In this document: piece by piece, positions 1 to 24,199 of the stretch
Position numbering within the stretch: position 1 is the first letter of the stretch
Layout: each line of letters starts with the position of its first letter
Assembly (NCBI GenBank): GCA_963770895.1
Contig: CAVYRF010000002.1
Coordinates: 256,001-320,000, forward strand
Direction of reading: 5' to 3'
DNA: 64,000 nucleotides
DNA from: an uncultured Acidobacteriota bacterium
Lineage (GTDB): Bacteria > Acidobacteriota > Thermoanaerobaculia > Multivoradales > UBA5704
Translations under genes and position numbers: made by a program
Notes under the pieces: generated by a model
Told to the model about the DNA's origin: nothing
Database searches by the model: none
What the model saw: only the letters and a program-made list of their open reading frames with translations

Positions 1-14137
<14,137 letters not shown>

Positions 14138-14145
<8 letters not shown>

Positions 14146-16432
14146 TGGCCACTTCCTCCTCCACCACCAATCTGCCGTCCGCGCGCCGCCGCGCGCGGTC
14201 GCCGGTCCGGTACAGCCGTTCTCCCGGCTCACTGCTCCACGGATGGGGCACAAAGCGTTCGGCAGTCAGGTCGGGACGTCGCAGGATAGCGCGAGCCAGG
14301 CCGGGACCGCCAAGGACCAGCTCGCCGGGACTGCCGGCGGGCACCGGCTGTTGCCGCCGGTCGAGCACGTAGGCGTGCAGCCACGGACCGCGCGGCTGCT
14401 CGGTGGTTGCACCGCCGTCCGCGATCACCAGGCGGGAGCCGGTGCGCAGCGCCGCGACGACTTCCGCGGTCGCGGCGTCGAGACCCGGCGGGAGCTGCGG
14501 GCAGGCGATCGCCCGGTGGCTGAGCATCAGTCCCGGCGGCCGGGACGCCGGCGCGATCAGCGCCAGGCCCTGGGGCTCTTCACCGCGGCCGATCGGGCCC
14601 ACGGCCTTGGCGCTCTCGGCGGCAATCCGCGGCCAGTCACGATCCAGGCAGAGGATCGTCGCCGCCGCGGGCAACCCGGCCAGCCATCGCTCCACGGTCA
14701 GCACCAACGCCACCTGCGCCTCGTCCAGCACCCGCCGGGCCTCCGCCGCTCCGACGGCGCCGGGATCGACCGGCACGGCAGCGCCGCCGGCGCGGAGGAT
14801 GCCGAGCAGACCGACGACCCTGGCGAGCGATCGTTCGACGGCCAGACCGACGCGCACCTCCGGCCCGACTCCCGACCGGCGCAGCCAGCCCGCCAGGCTG
14901 GCGGAGCGCTGGTCGAGCTCGGCGTAGGTCAAGGGCACGCCGCGGCAGACCACGGCGACCTGCCAGGGGGAACGCCTGGCCCGTCGGGCGAACAGCTCGG
15001 CGAGGCCGGCCGCGAGCGCGCCGCCCGGCTCGGCGGGCAGCTCGATCAGCAGCTGCTGCCGCTCGGCCGGTGCCAGGACCGGCAGCTCGGCGACGGGCAC
15101 CGCCGCCAGGTCTTCACGGATCAGGCCCAGCAACAGAGTTTCGAACGACCCAAGCAGGCGCGCCACGCGCACGGCGTCGAGCCGCGGCTCGTTGGCCGCC
15201 AGCCGCAGCAACCACCGGGAGCCAGGCTGCACGTTGACGGTGAGCGGGTAGTGCGTCTGCTCGGCTCCCTCGACGCCCGCGATCACCACCGCCGTTGCCG
15301 CATCCTGGCGCAGCGCTTCGTCCAACGGATAATTTTCGAACGCCAGAATGCTTTCGAAGAGCGACTCCCCCGCGGGCACCTCGCTCCAGGCCCGCACCTT
15401 CGGCAGCGGCGTGTGCTCGAATTGGCGCGCCGCGACCTGGGCCTCCTGCAGCCGGCGCAACCAGGCAACGGCGGCCGCCCGTGGCGGCACCCGCACCCGC
15501 ACCGGCAGCGTGTTGATGAACAGGCCCACCATCGTCTCGATGCCTTCCAGCGGCGCGCCGCGGCCGGCGGTGACCGCGCCGAACGCCACGTCGTCCTGGC
15601 CGCTGGCGCGGGCGAGCAGCAGAGCCCAGGCGCCCTGCGCCAGGGTGTTGAGGGTGAGCTGATGGCGTCGGGCGAAGGCCCCCAGCGCGTCGCTCGCGGC
15701 AGCGCTCAGCAACGCCTGTTGCACACCGGGCCGGCGAGCTTCCCCGTTTTCGGCGTCGGCGCCGGCGTCGGCGCCGGCGTCGGCACCGGGAAGCGGTGTG
15801 GGCGCGGTGAAGCCCGCCAGCTCGGCGCGCCAGAACGCCTCGGCAGCGGCCAGGTCCTGCTGGCGCAGCCAGGCGATGGAGTCGCGATAGGCGCGCACCG
15901 GCGGCAGCACGGCCGCCCTGCCCGCGCGGGCCGCGGCGTAGCAGGAAAACAGCTCGCGCAGCACGAGCGGCAGCGACCAGCCATCGAGGATCGCATGGTG
16001 ATGGGTCCACACCAGCTGGCAGGTCTCCGAGCCAGCAGCACCCAGCTGGATCAGCGCCAGACGGAGCAGCGGCGCCGTCGACAGATCGAAGCCGCGCCGG
16101 CGGTCCATCTGCAGGTGCTCCGCCAGGCGTTCGGCCTGCTCCGCCGCCGGCAGGCCGCGCCAGTCGTGGTGCTCCCACGTCAGCGGGAAAGGCGCATAGA
16201 CCACCTGCAACGGCTCGTCCAATTCGAGCCATTCGAACGCCGTGCGCAGGATCGGATGGCGGTCGACCACCTGCTGCCAGCTCCCCTCGAGCGCCGCGCG
16301 CTCGGCCGCTCCCAGCCCGGCGCCGAAGCGGATGCTGGTCTGCACCACGTACGCCCCCGACTCCGGTGAATGCAAAGCATGGAAGAGCATGCCCTGTTGC
16401 AGCGGTGACAGTGTGTAAATGTCTTCGATCAA
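14138..16432 (-). CDS. Stand-alone NRPS condensation domain fused to a degenerate, truncated adenylation domain (no PCP)
   Basis: N-terminus IEDIYTLSPLQQGMLFH (DCL-like) with intact HHHAILDG and GLFINTLP. The C-terminal part keeps LTYAELD, GELVLGGPGLAR and LYRTGD but lacks TSGSTGxPKG and the A10 lysine. TTG start with GAGG upstream. Confidence 0.85.
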
Positions 16433-16810
16433 AAGCGCCCTCGATCACAGGCCAGACCTCGGCCGGCAGCTCTTCGGTGCAGTTGCGCAACGCCGCGCAG
16501 CGCGCCGCCGCCACAGAAGAAGCGGCGCCAGGCAGGTCGCGTAGTCAGCTTTACTGGATCGGCAGCTCAGCCAAGTGCGGAGACTATCAGGTGTGCATCC
16601 GCCTTGTGCCGAGGCCCCATATTGGCCAGCTGTAGCTTGAGTAGTTATTCGAGATGGTCATCCGCGAGGTCAACAATCCTGTTCAATCAGCGCTACTTTG
16701 CGAAAGCAAGGCAAGGGAAAGGTGGGATGCGGCAGCCCTGACACAGTCGAAAGCACTTCAGCGAGACGGGACACCAGCTCCTCGCTTACGACTAGAAAGG
16801 TTTCTGTCGT

Positions 16811-19800
16811 TCACCGCGCGGGCGCGGTTGGTGCCGGCGGGGCCAACGCCAGGACCGAGGGGACGCGGCCGGGCTCGGCCAGGCGCAGCAGCCCGTAGCC
16901 GATGCCGGCAATGCCATTCATCAGGCCCGGCGACTCGACGGCGGCGCGCGTCCCGCAGCACCAGCCGTCGCGGCCGATGCTGGCGAGCACCTGCTGCGTC
17001 CGGCGCCGCACCTGCCGGCCGAGGGCGGCGTCGCCGCCGAGCTGCCGCTCGGCGCTGGCGAGGAAGTCGAGGTTGCCGAGGTCGCCGTGGCAGAGGCAGT
17101 GGTTGTGGCCGAAACCGTGCTCGACGGTCAGCCGCACGGCCTCGGCGACCTCGGCTGCGAGCGCCGCCCCGGTCGCTGCCATGGCCGGCCTGGACGGCGC
17201 CGCCTCCAGGTGGCGCAGCGCCGCGAGCCGCGCGATGCCGATGCCGGGAGCGCCGTAGCACCACGACATGGCGACGCTGTCGCCGTGCGCCGCCGCCGCG
17301 GCGGTGCCGCCGCCGAGCCAGCGCGCGAGCTCGGGCCAGAACATCTCGCGCTCCCAGGCGAAGGCGGCGAGGCCGGCGTCGGTGAAGCGGCGATCGCCGG
17401 CCGCCGCGCCCAGCGCGACGAGTGCCAGGGCGATACCGGTCATGCCATGGGCGAAGCCGGTCTGGGAACGCTCGGAGGCCAGCCGGGTCAGCCAGCAGAT
17501 CCCCACCCCGCGCGCCTCGGCGCGGGCCAGGAGGTGCTCGCCGCAGCGCACCGCCACCGCCAGCGCCCGCGGTCCGGCGCCGGCGCGGTGCGCGGCCAGC
17601 AGGCCCGCGATCGCCCCGGCGGCGCCGGCGACCACGTCCAGCTCGCGGTCCTGCGCCAGCCGCGCATCGATCAGCTCGATCTCAGGTGCCGCCTCGGCCA
17701 GCAGCCCCGGGTCGCGCCACAGCGCGGCGAGGTGCGCCCTCACATAGAGGATGCCGCCCGGACCCTGCATCAGGCCGATGTAGGGCGGTTCTGGCGGCTC
17801 GGCCGGCCGCCCTGGCGGTCTGCCTGCCACGTCGGCTGCTTCGCGTTCCATGCTCTCCCGCAGCGTGTCCAGCGCCGCGCGCGCGAGGTCCGCGGTGCGC
17901 GCGTCGCCGGTGACGGCATGGAGACAGCCCAGGAACAGGGCGATGCCGGGGATACCCAGGTAGAGGTCGTGCGGCACGGGCGCCAGCGACCAGCGCTTGT
18001 CGCTGAACTCCAGCGCCACCCAGCTCACGTGGCGGCCGTCCCGCACCGCGGTCGCGGCGAACCAGTCGCCGGCGTTACGGGCCGCAGCGAGCAGCCGCTT
18101 GCGCAGCTCCCGCCGCGGCAGCGGGCGCCCGGTCGCCACCCGCGGGTAGCCGGTCCACCGCGCGGGGTCGCTGCCCAGCCGGCGGGTGGCGAGCGACATG
18201 CGCAGCAGTCCGAGCTGGCGGTCGAGGTCCGCCTCGCCCATGCCGGCCAGGCGTCGCTCGACCGCGGCCATGGCCGGCTCGGGGAAGAACCCGGCCAGCC
18301 GCCCACCCCGGCTGTCGACGAGATCGGGTGAGCCCGGTGTGACGGTGAACACCGGCACGTCGCCGGCGAGCAGATCGCGGTGCTCGGCGGCGGCCACGAG
18401 CGCCAGCTCGGGCTGCTCCTCGGCCCCGAGCCACAGGCGATCGAACAGCAGGTCCCGGTCGAGGGCGTCGCGCAGCACGTCGGGGTGATAGCTCTCGCCG
18501 AGCAGCCGGGCGTAGATCTGCGTCGGGCGCAGCACCGCCCGCACCGGCACGCCGCGGCAGCGGGCGAGCGGCCCGTGCGGGGCGAGCAGCTCGGCGCGGC
18601 GCTCGATCAGCCGGCGGTAGACCGCCGCGAAGCCCGCCGCCAGCTCCTCGCCGTGCTCGGCCGCCTCGGCCTCCTGGCGCCCCCTGCCGTCCTCCCCCGC
18701 GAGGAAGGGGACGTTGGCTCCCCCGGGCAGCGGCAGCCGCTCGCGCACCACGTGCATCTCGTCGGTGCCGCCCCGCGCCAGCGCCAGCACCGGCTGCGGC
18801 GAGAGCTGGCCCGCCACCGCGGCCAGGCCGCTGAGGTCGACGCCGGCGAAGCCGTCGCCCGCCCCCACCAGGAAAGGCAGCAGACCGATCCGTGACACCG
18901 AGTCGTCGAGCAGGCGGCCGACCAGGCGCCTGTCCGGCGCTGCCAACGGCTGGAGCGGCAGCCGCGGCTGGAAGAGGGTCTCCAGGTCCACCAGCACGGG
19001 ATGGCCGCCCGCCGCAATGAGATTCTCGAAGTGGCAGTCGGTGGCCTCCAGAGCGTAGAGCAGGGCGAGCAGGCCGCCCAGCCGCCGGTAGAACGCCGCC
19101 ACCTCCGCGGGGTCCCGGCAGCCGTGCGCGGCGACGAACTCCATCCAGCCGTGGCTGCCCCGGTCGAGCACCGCGACCGTGCGCGGGCTGCCGTCGCCGG
19201 TGTCGCCGAGCCAGGCCAGGAGCTCCTGGAAGCGCTGCTCGGCGGCAAGCGGCCGCGGCTTGTAGACCAGCCGCGCGCCGGAGGCGAAGGTGAGGACGCG
19301 CACCGAGCGGCCGCCTCGGTGCCGGTCGCCGGCGCCGCCGTCGATGCCGCTGAGCAGGCCGGGGTGGCCCCCGGCGAAGAAGCGGCTGAGGAGGAGCGGC
19401 GCGTCGGCCGCCAGACGCTCCATCAGCTCGAGCCCGGTGTCCACCCACTGCGCGAGCTCGCGCATCACCTCGCGCGCCAGGACCGGGTACTCGCCGAGCA
19501 GCGCGGCGGCGACATCGCGCCGGCCGAGGCGGGCCAGGAACGACTGAAACCGCTCCGCGGCGGTTTCGCCGCTCAGCAGATCCAGGTGGCGGGCCACGTG
19601 CAGCTCCAGCACCAGGGTGCGGGCGACGACCGGCAGCAGGCGCGCCGGCAGGCTGGCCGCGAGCAGCGCCTCGGTCTCCGCGGCGGCGAACAGCGGCTCG
19701 GCACCGCGGGCCGAGGAGGCCCCGGCCGCCGCCGCGAACCGTGCCAGGCCCTGGCGCAGGCGAGCCCGCGCCCGGTCGATCCACGGGCGGACGGGCGCGA

Positions 19801-20194
19801 GGAGAGGGTCGAGGTCGGGCGCGGATGGCGGTGCCCCGCCAGGCGCGGCCGGCTCGCCACCCGGGGCCTCCACGCCGAGGTCACGCATCCAGGGTGGGAG
19901 CCCGCGCAACGCCGCGCCGGCAACGTGCGCCGGCGTGGCGAGCAGGTGCGCGAACCCGGCGGGGTCCAGGCCGGCCTGCGCCAGGCGTCGAGCGAACCGT
20001 TCCGCAGAGTGGAAGGGGGAGAGGGCGCGCCACTGCGCCAGGCGCCAGCGCGCGGTCTCGTCGAGCAGCAGGGTGTCAGACGGGTCTGCCGGCGGCCAAG
20101 CCGGCCCGCCTGCGCCGAGCGCCTCCGCGCGCTCGACGAGAGTCAGCGCGCGGCAGGCGTCGGCGAATGGGACGAGGGAATCTGGGTCCGCGAT
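16811..20194 (-). CDS. lanM: Class II lanthipeptide synthetase LanM (true start uncertain; first canonical start 19909, frame open to ~20200)
   Basis: Dehydratase motifs LVYKPR, TDCHFENLIA, VDLETL and RAVLRPTQIY. LanC-like cyclase motifs GFAHG, WCYGAPG, CLCHG and GLMNGIAGIGY. LanM-like N-terminal sequence (RALTLVER...WRALSPF...FARRLAQAGL) continues in frame upstream of 19909; ATC at 20194 is the proposed start. Confidence 0.92.
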   Translation of the reverse strand: MADPDSLVPFADACRALTLVERAEALGAGGPAWPPADPSDTLLLDETARWRLAQWRALSPFHSAERFARRLAQAGLDPAGFAHLLATPAHVAGAALRGLPPWMRDLGVEAPGGEPAAPGGAPPSAPDLDPLLAPVRPWIDRARARLRQGLARFAAAAGASSARGAEPLFAAAETEALLAASLPARLLPVVARTLVLELHVARHLDLLSGETAAERFQSFLARLGRRDVAAALLGEYPVLAREVMRELAQWVDTGLELMERLAADAPLLLSRFFAGGHPGLLSGIDGGAGDRHRGGRSVRVLTFASGARLVYKPRPLAAEQRFQELLAWLGDTGDGSPRTVAVLDRGSHGWMEFVAAHGCRDPAEVAAFYRRLGGLLALLYALEATDCHFENLIAAGGHPVLVDLETLFQPRLPLQPLAAPDRRLVGRLLDDSVSRIGLLPFLVGAGDGFAGVDLSGLAAVAGQLSPQPVLALARGGTDEMHVVRERLPLPGGANVPFLAGEDGRGRQEAEAAEHGEELAAGFAAVYRRLIERRAELLAPHGPLARCRGVPVRAVLRPTQIYARLLGESYHPDVLRDALDRDLLFDRLWLGAEEQPELALVAAAEHRDLLAGDVPVFTVTPGSPDLVDSRGGRLAGFFPEPAMAAVERRLAGMGEADLDRQLGLLRMSLATRRLGSDPARWTGYPRVATGRPLPRRELRKRLLAAARNAGDWFAATAVRDGRHVSWVALEFSDKRWSLAPVPHDLYLGIPGIALFLGCLHAVTGDARTADLARAALDTLRESMEREAADVAGRPPGRPAEPPEPPYIGLMQGPGGILYVRAHLAALWRDPGLLAEAAPEIELIDARLAQDRELDVVAGAAGAIAGLLAAHRAGAGPRALAVAVRCGEHLLARAEARGVGICWLTRLASERSQTGFAHGMTGIALALVALGAAAGDRRFTDAGLAAFAWEREMFWPELARWLGGGTAAAAAHGDSVAMSWCYGAPGIGIARLAALRHLEAAPSRPAMAATGAALAAEVAEAVRLTVEHGFGHNHCLCHGDLGNLDFLASAERQLGGDAALGRQVRRRTQQVLASIGRDGWCCGTRAAVESPGLMNGIAGIGYGLLRLAEPGRVPSVLALAPPAPTAPAR

Positions 20195-20211
20195 CGCGCT
20201 CTATCCCGTGG

Positions 20212-20424
20212 TCACACCGGGCAGCCGCAGGAGGCCCACTGTCCGAAGGTGTGCATGGTGCAGCCCAGCGCGGTGGTGATGGCGCCGCCGGCAGACCGCA
20301 GCTCCTCGTCCTGCAGCTCGATCATGCCGGCCGGGTGGGCCGGCAGCGCGCCGAGCTTCGCGGCGTCCAGGCTGCTCCGGTAGACCGGGTCTTTCCAGGC
20401 ACGGATCAGGTCGCTCTTGTTCAT
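20212..20424 (-). CDS. lanA: Mersacidin/lichenicidin-family class II lanthipeptide precursor (70 aa)
   Basis: MNKSDLIRAWKDPVYRSSL...LPAHPAGMIELQDEELRSAGG|AITTALGCTMHTFGQWASCGCPV. Shows the IRAWKDP/PAHPAG leader signature, a GG cleavage site and a core with 4 Thr, 1 Ser and 3 Cys. Strong RBS AAGGAGG; directly upstream of lanM. Confidence 0.93.
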   Translation of the reverse strand: MNKSDLIRAWKDPVYRSSLDAAKLGALPAHPAGMIELQDEELRSAGGAITTALGCTMHTFGQWASCGCPV

Positions 20425-20573
20425 GGCTCGTTCCTCCTTGCCGCGGGATGCGGCGGTCATGGATCAACTCTCCGCGCTCTCCCCATTAAGTGAAGTAACA
20501 GATCGCGCCGCAACCGAGACACGCCTGCGACGGGTGTGCCGACCGGCCTGACCCACCAGGCTATACTCCGGCC

Positions 20574-21848
20574 ATGGCACCCAACAGTGCGGGGCAGGAC
20601 CGCCGGACGTTTCTGCGTCTTTCGGCGGCGCTGGCGGCTGCGGTGGCGAGCGGCGGCGCGGCGGCGGCGCTCGCCCAGCCGGCGGCATCCCCATCGCAGC
20701 CATCCGCGTCGGCTGGCGACCCCGAAGCCGGGCTCCTCGCCGGCGCGGTGATCGTCAACGCGCTGGGTCAGCTGGAAGACCCCAACGTCGACCTGCAGCG
20801 GCCGCCGTCGCCGCCGGGCGCCGCCAAAGCGAAGGGCGGCACCGGCGGCGCTGGCGCCAGCGCCGGCGATGACGACGACGAGCCTGCGGAGATCGATGCC
20901 CGCGCGCTGCGCGAGGCGCGCGCGTCGGGGCTGACGGCGGTCAACGTGACGCTGGGCTACGTGGCCGGGCCGCAGGAGCCGTTCGAGGCGACGGTGGCGG
21001 ACATCGGGGTGTGGGACCGGGTCATCCGCCGGCATGCGGACGACCTGCTCAAGGTGTGGACGGTCAGGGACATCCTGCAGGCCAGGAGCGACGGCAAGGT
21101 CGGCATCATCTATGGGTTCCAGAACGCCGCGATGGTCGGCACCGACGCCCGCCGCGTCGACGTCTTCGGCAACCTTGGGGTGCGGGTGATCCAGCTGACG
21201 TACAACCCGCGCAACCAGCTGGGCGACGGCTCGATGGTGGCCGAAAACCACGGCCTGACGCCGCTGGGGCGGCAGGTGGTCGAGCGGCTCAACCACAATC
21301 GCATCATGGTCGACCTGTCGCACAGCGGCGAGCAGACCTGTCTGGACGCCGCCCGCGCGTCGCGCCAGCCGATCTCGATCAACCACACCGGCTGCCGGGC
21401 GCTGGCCGACCTGCCGCGCAACAAGACCGATGAGGAGCTGCGCCTGGTGGCCTCCCGCGGCGGCTTCGTCGGCATCTACTTCATGCCGTTCCTGACGCTG
21501 TCGGGGCATGCCCATGCCGACGACGTGGTGGCCCACATCGATCACGCGGTGTCGGTGTGCGGCGAAGACCACGTGGGCATCGGCACCGACGGCCCGGTGA
21601 CCGCCATCGACGACCTGGAAGGGTACAAGGCGCACCTGGCCAAGGAGGTGGCCGACCGCGCCGCGGCGGGCATCGGCGCCAAGGGCGAGCGCGCCGATAC
21701 CCTGCCCTTTGTCGTCGACCTGCGCGGCGTCGACCAGTTCCGCGAGCTGGCGCGGCGGCTGCGGCAGCGCGGCTATTCGACCGCCCGCATCCAGAAGATC
21801 CTGGGCGGCAACTTCCTGCGCTTCGCCGCCGACGTCTGGGGCAGCTGA
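20574..21848 (+). CDS. Tat-exported membrane dipeptidase (peptidase family M19)
   Basis: Twin-arginine signal DRRTFLRLS; motifs IQLTYN, MVDLSH, NHTGCRAL..LPRNKTD, HVGIGTD and KILGGNF. Confidence 0.88.
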   Translation: MAPNSAGQDRRTFLRLSAALAAAVASGGAAAALAQPAASPSQPSASAGDPEAGLLAGAVIVNALGQLEDPNVDLQRPPSPPGAAKAKGGTGGAGASAGDDDDEPAEIDARALREARASGLTAVNVTLGYVAGPQEPFEATVADIGVWDRVIRRHADDLLKVWTVRDILQARSDGKVGIIYGFQNAAMVGTDARRVDVFGNLGVRVIQLTYNPRNQLGDGSMVAENHGLTPLGRQVVERLNHNRIMVDLSHSGEQTCLDAARASRQPISINHTGCRALADLPRNKTDEELRLVASRGGFVGIYFMPFLTLSGHAHADDVVAHIDHAVSVCGEDHVGIGTDGPVTAIDDLEGYKAHLAKEVADRAAAGIGAKGERADTLPFVVDLRGVDQFRELARRLRQRGYSTARIQKILGGNFLRFAADVWGS

Positions 21849-21891
21849 GCCGCGGCGCCGCCGCCGTTCCCGCCGCTGCCGCCACTCCCGC

Positions 21892-22407
21892 TCAGTACTG
21901 GATCAACGATTGGACGTCGTAGCCGGCCAGGCCGGCGCGCCCGGGCAGGAAGGTCAGCTCGACGATGAAGCCGAAGCCCGCCACGGCGGCGCCCTGCGAC
22001 TCGATGAGGCGGGCGGTGGCGCGCGCCGTGCCGCCGGTGGCGATGAGGTCGTCGACGATCAGCACCCGCTCGCCGCGCTCGACGGCGTCGTGGTGCATCT
22101 CCAGGCTGTCCGAGCCGTATTCCAGGTCGTAGGTTTCGGTGACCCGCTGGTAGGGGAGCTTGCCCGGCTTGCGCACCGGCACGAACCCGGCGTTGAGGGC
22201 GTAGGCGACCAGCGGACCGAACATGAAGCCGCGCGATTCGATGCCGACGACCTTGTCGATGCGCTTGCCGGCGAACATCCAGACGAAGCGGTCGACCGTC
22301 TGGCGAAACGCCAGCGGGTGCTGCAGCAGGGTGGTGATGTCGTAAAAGAGGATGCCCTTCTTGGGAAAGTCAGGCACCTCGCGGATGTGCTTCTTCAGGT
22401 CGTCCAT
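21892..22407 (-). CDS. apt: Adenine phosphoribosyltransferase
   Basis: DFPKKGILFYDIT, GIESRGF, RKPGKLP, LEYG and the PRPP motif VDDLIATGGT. Confidence 0.97.
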   Translation of the reverse strand: MDDLKKHIREVPDFPKKGILFYDITTLLQHPLAFRQTVDRFVWMFAGKRIDKVVGIESRGFMFGPLVAYALNAGFVPVRKPGKLPYQRVTETYDLEYGSDSLEMHHDAVERGERVLIVDDLIATGGTARATARLIESQGAAVAGFGFIVELTFLPGRAGLAGYDVQSLIQY

Positions 22408-22425
22408 GGTCGTTCGCCTCTCGCC

Positions 22426-22716
22426 TCACCGGTCGATTTCAAACGTCTGCCAGCCCTCGGGCACCGTCGCCAGCGCCCGCTCCTCCACCGCCGCGACGCG
22501 GGCGCCCGGCGGGCCCTGCAGCACCGCTGCGTGCAGCTGCCGCACCCGCTCCGGGCTGCCCGCCACCTCGATCTCCACTTCGCCGCCCGCCAGGTTGCGC
22601 ACGCGGCCGCCAAGACCCAGCTGGCGGGCGCACGAGCGGGTGAAATAGCGGAAGCCCACCCCCTGCACGCGCCCGCGCACCACCCAGACGACGGCAATCG
22701 GCCCGCCGTCGTTCAC
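22426..22716 (-). CDS. acyP: Acylphosphatase
   Basis: GRVQGVGFRY, GRVRNLAGGEVE and GPPGARV. Confidence 0.95.
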   Translation of the reverse strand: MNDGGPIAVVWVVRGRVQGVGFRYFTRSCARQLGLGGRVRNLAGGEVEIEVAGSPERVRQLHAAVLQGPPGARVAAVEERALATVPEGWQTFEIDR

Positions 22717-23369
22717 CGCGCCCCGTCCTTCCAGCCGTGCCGCCCGACCAGCGGCACGAACGCGACCTCTTCACCCTCCTTGCGCCGCAGCTCGCCGCGC
22801 GCCGACTTGCGGTAGAGCACCAGCCGCTGCGCCTCGCGCGGCCCTTCCGGCACCAGCAGGCTGCCGCCCGGCGCCAGCTGCTCGAGCAGCGGGTCCGGCA
22901 CCTTCGGCGCGCCGGCCGCCACCAGGATGCGGTCGTAGGGCGCCCACTCGCTCCATCCCACGGTGCCGTCGAACACCTGGATCTTGACGTTGTCGAGCCC
23001 CATCTGGCGGATGCGCGGGATGGCCTGCTGCGCCAGCTCGGCGATGCGTTCCAGGCTGTACACCCGCCGCGCCAGAAGCGCCAGGATCGCCGTCTGGTAG
23101 CCGGACCCGGTGCCGATCTCGAGCACCGAGTGGTGCGGCGCCAGCTCCATCAACGCGGTCATCCGCGCCACGATGTAGGGCTGCGAGATGGTCTGCGACG
23201 AGCCGATCGGCAGCGCGTGGTCGCCGTAGGCCTGCGACCGCAGGTGCTCGCGCACGAACAGGTGGCGCGGCACCTGGCGCATCGCGTCGAGCACCCGCGC
23301 GTCGGCGACGCCGCGCGCCGCGATCAGGTCGCGCACCATGCGCTCGCGCAGCACCGCGTAGTCGTTCAT
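22713..23369 (-). CDS. pcm: Protein-L-isoaspartate O-methyltransferase
   Basis: Start MNDYAVLRERMV overlaps the surE stop; VPRHLFV, QTISQPYIVA, VLEIGTGSGYQ, APYDRI and FVPLVG. Confidence 0.95.
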   Translation of the reverse strand: MNDYAVLRERMVRDLIAARGVADARVLDAMRQVPRHLFVREHLRSQAYGDHALPIGSSQTISQPYIVARMTALMELAPHHSVLEIGTGSGYQTAILALLARRVYSLERIAELAQQAIPRIRQMGLDNVKIQVFDGTVGWSEWAPYDRILVAAGAPKVPDPLLEQLAPGGSLLVPEGPREAQRLVLYRKSARGELRRKEGEEVAFVPLVGRHGWKDGAR

Positions 23370-24160
23370 TCGCTCGCCGCGGCGCCGGGTTCCGCGAGCG
23401 CTCCCAGGTCCAGGCGCCCCAGGGTCGCCTCGAGTCCGCTCAGGCTTTCGAGCCCGCGGTAGGCGGTCAGGTCCAGGTGCAGCGGCGTGATGGAGATGCG
23501 GCCCGCCGCGATCGCCGCGTGGTCGGTGCCGGAGTCCGACTGCCACCTGGGGGTGCCGGCGATCCAGTAGTACTTGCGGCCGCGCGGGTCCACCTTTTCG
23601 ATCACCGACTGCTGGTAGACCCGCCGTCCGAGCCGCGTCAGGCTGACGCCGCGGATGCCGCCCAGCGGCACGTTGACGTTGAGCGGCAGGTCCGCCGGCA
23701 CCGCCGCCCCGCCGAGCACCACCTGCACCAGCTGGCGGGCGAAGCGGGCCGCCACCTGGAAGGTCATCCCCTCGCCGATCTCCTGGCTGAAGGCGATCGA
23801 CGGGATGCCCAGCAGCGACCCTTCGAAGGTGGCGCTGACCGTGCCCGAGTAGGTGACGTCGTCGCCCAGGTTGAGACCGAAGTTGATGCCCGAGCACACC
23901 AGGTCGGGCGGCGCGGCGGCCAGCACCGACAGCACCCCCAGGTTGACGCAATCGGTGGGGGTGCCGTCGACCGCGTACCACCGCTCGCGGATCTTCTGCA
24001 TGCGCAGCGGCCGGCTGAGGGTGAGCGAGTGCCCGGTGGCGCTCTGCTCGCGATCCGGCGCCACCACGAACACCTCCGCCACCTCCGACAGGGCATCGAC
24101 GAGCGCCTTGAGGCCCTCGGAGAAGATGCCGTCGTCGTTGGTGACCAGGATGCGTGTCAT
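23366..24160 (-). CDS. surE: 5'/3'-nucleotidase SurE
   Basis: ILVTNDDG, GTPTDCV, SGINFGLNLG, YSGTV and DPRGRKYYW. Confidence 0.97.
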   Translation of the reverse strand: MTRILVTNDDGIFSEGLKALVDALSEVAEVFVVAPDREQSATGHSLTLSRPLRMQKIRERWYAVDGTPTDCVNLGVLSVLAAAPPDLVCSGINFGLNLGDDVTYSGTVSATFEGSLLGIPSIAFSQEIGEGMTFQVAARFARQLVQVVLGGAAVPADLPLNVNVPLGGIRGVSLTRLGRRVYQQSVIEKVDPRGRKYYWIAGTPRWQSDSGTDHAAIAAGRISITPLHLDLTAYRGLESLSGLEATLGRLDLGALAEPGAAASE

Positions 24161-24199
24161 GGCAGCCGCGGAGCGCTCGGAACCGGGCGCGACCGCGCT

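Noticed and set aside
16690-16745. c-di-GMP-I riboswitch suggested by a GAAA-tetraloop hairpin
   Set aside because: The flanking GGCAAAC...GACGCAAAG consensus is absent, and the GAAA loop is on the strand opposite the flanking genes.
20574-21848. M19 dipeptidase as the lanthipeptide leader peptidase
   Set aside because: M19 enzymes act on dipeptides, not GG-type leaders. Divergent adjacency is the only link.
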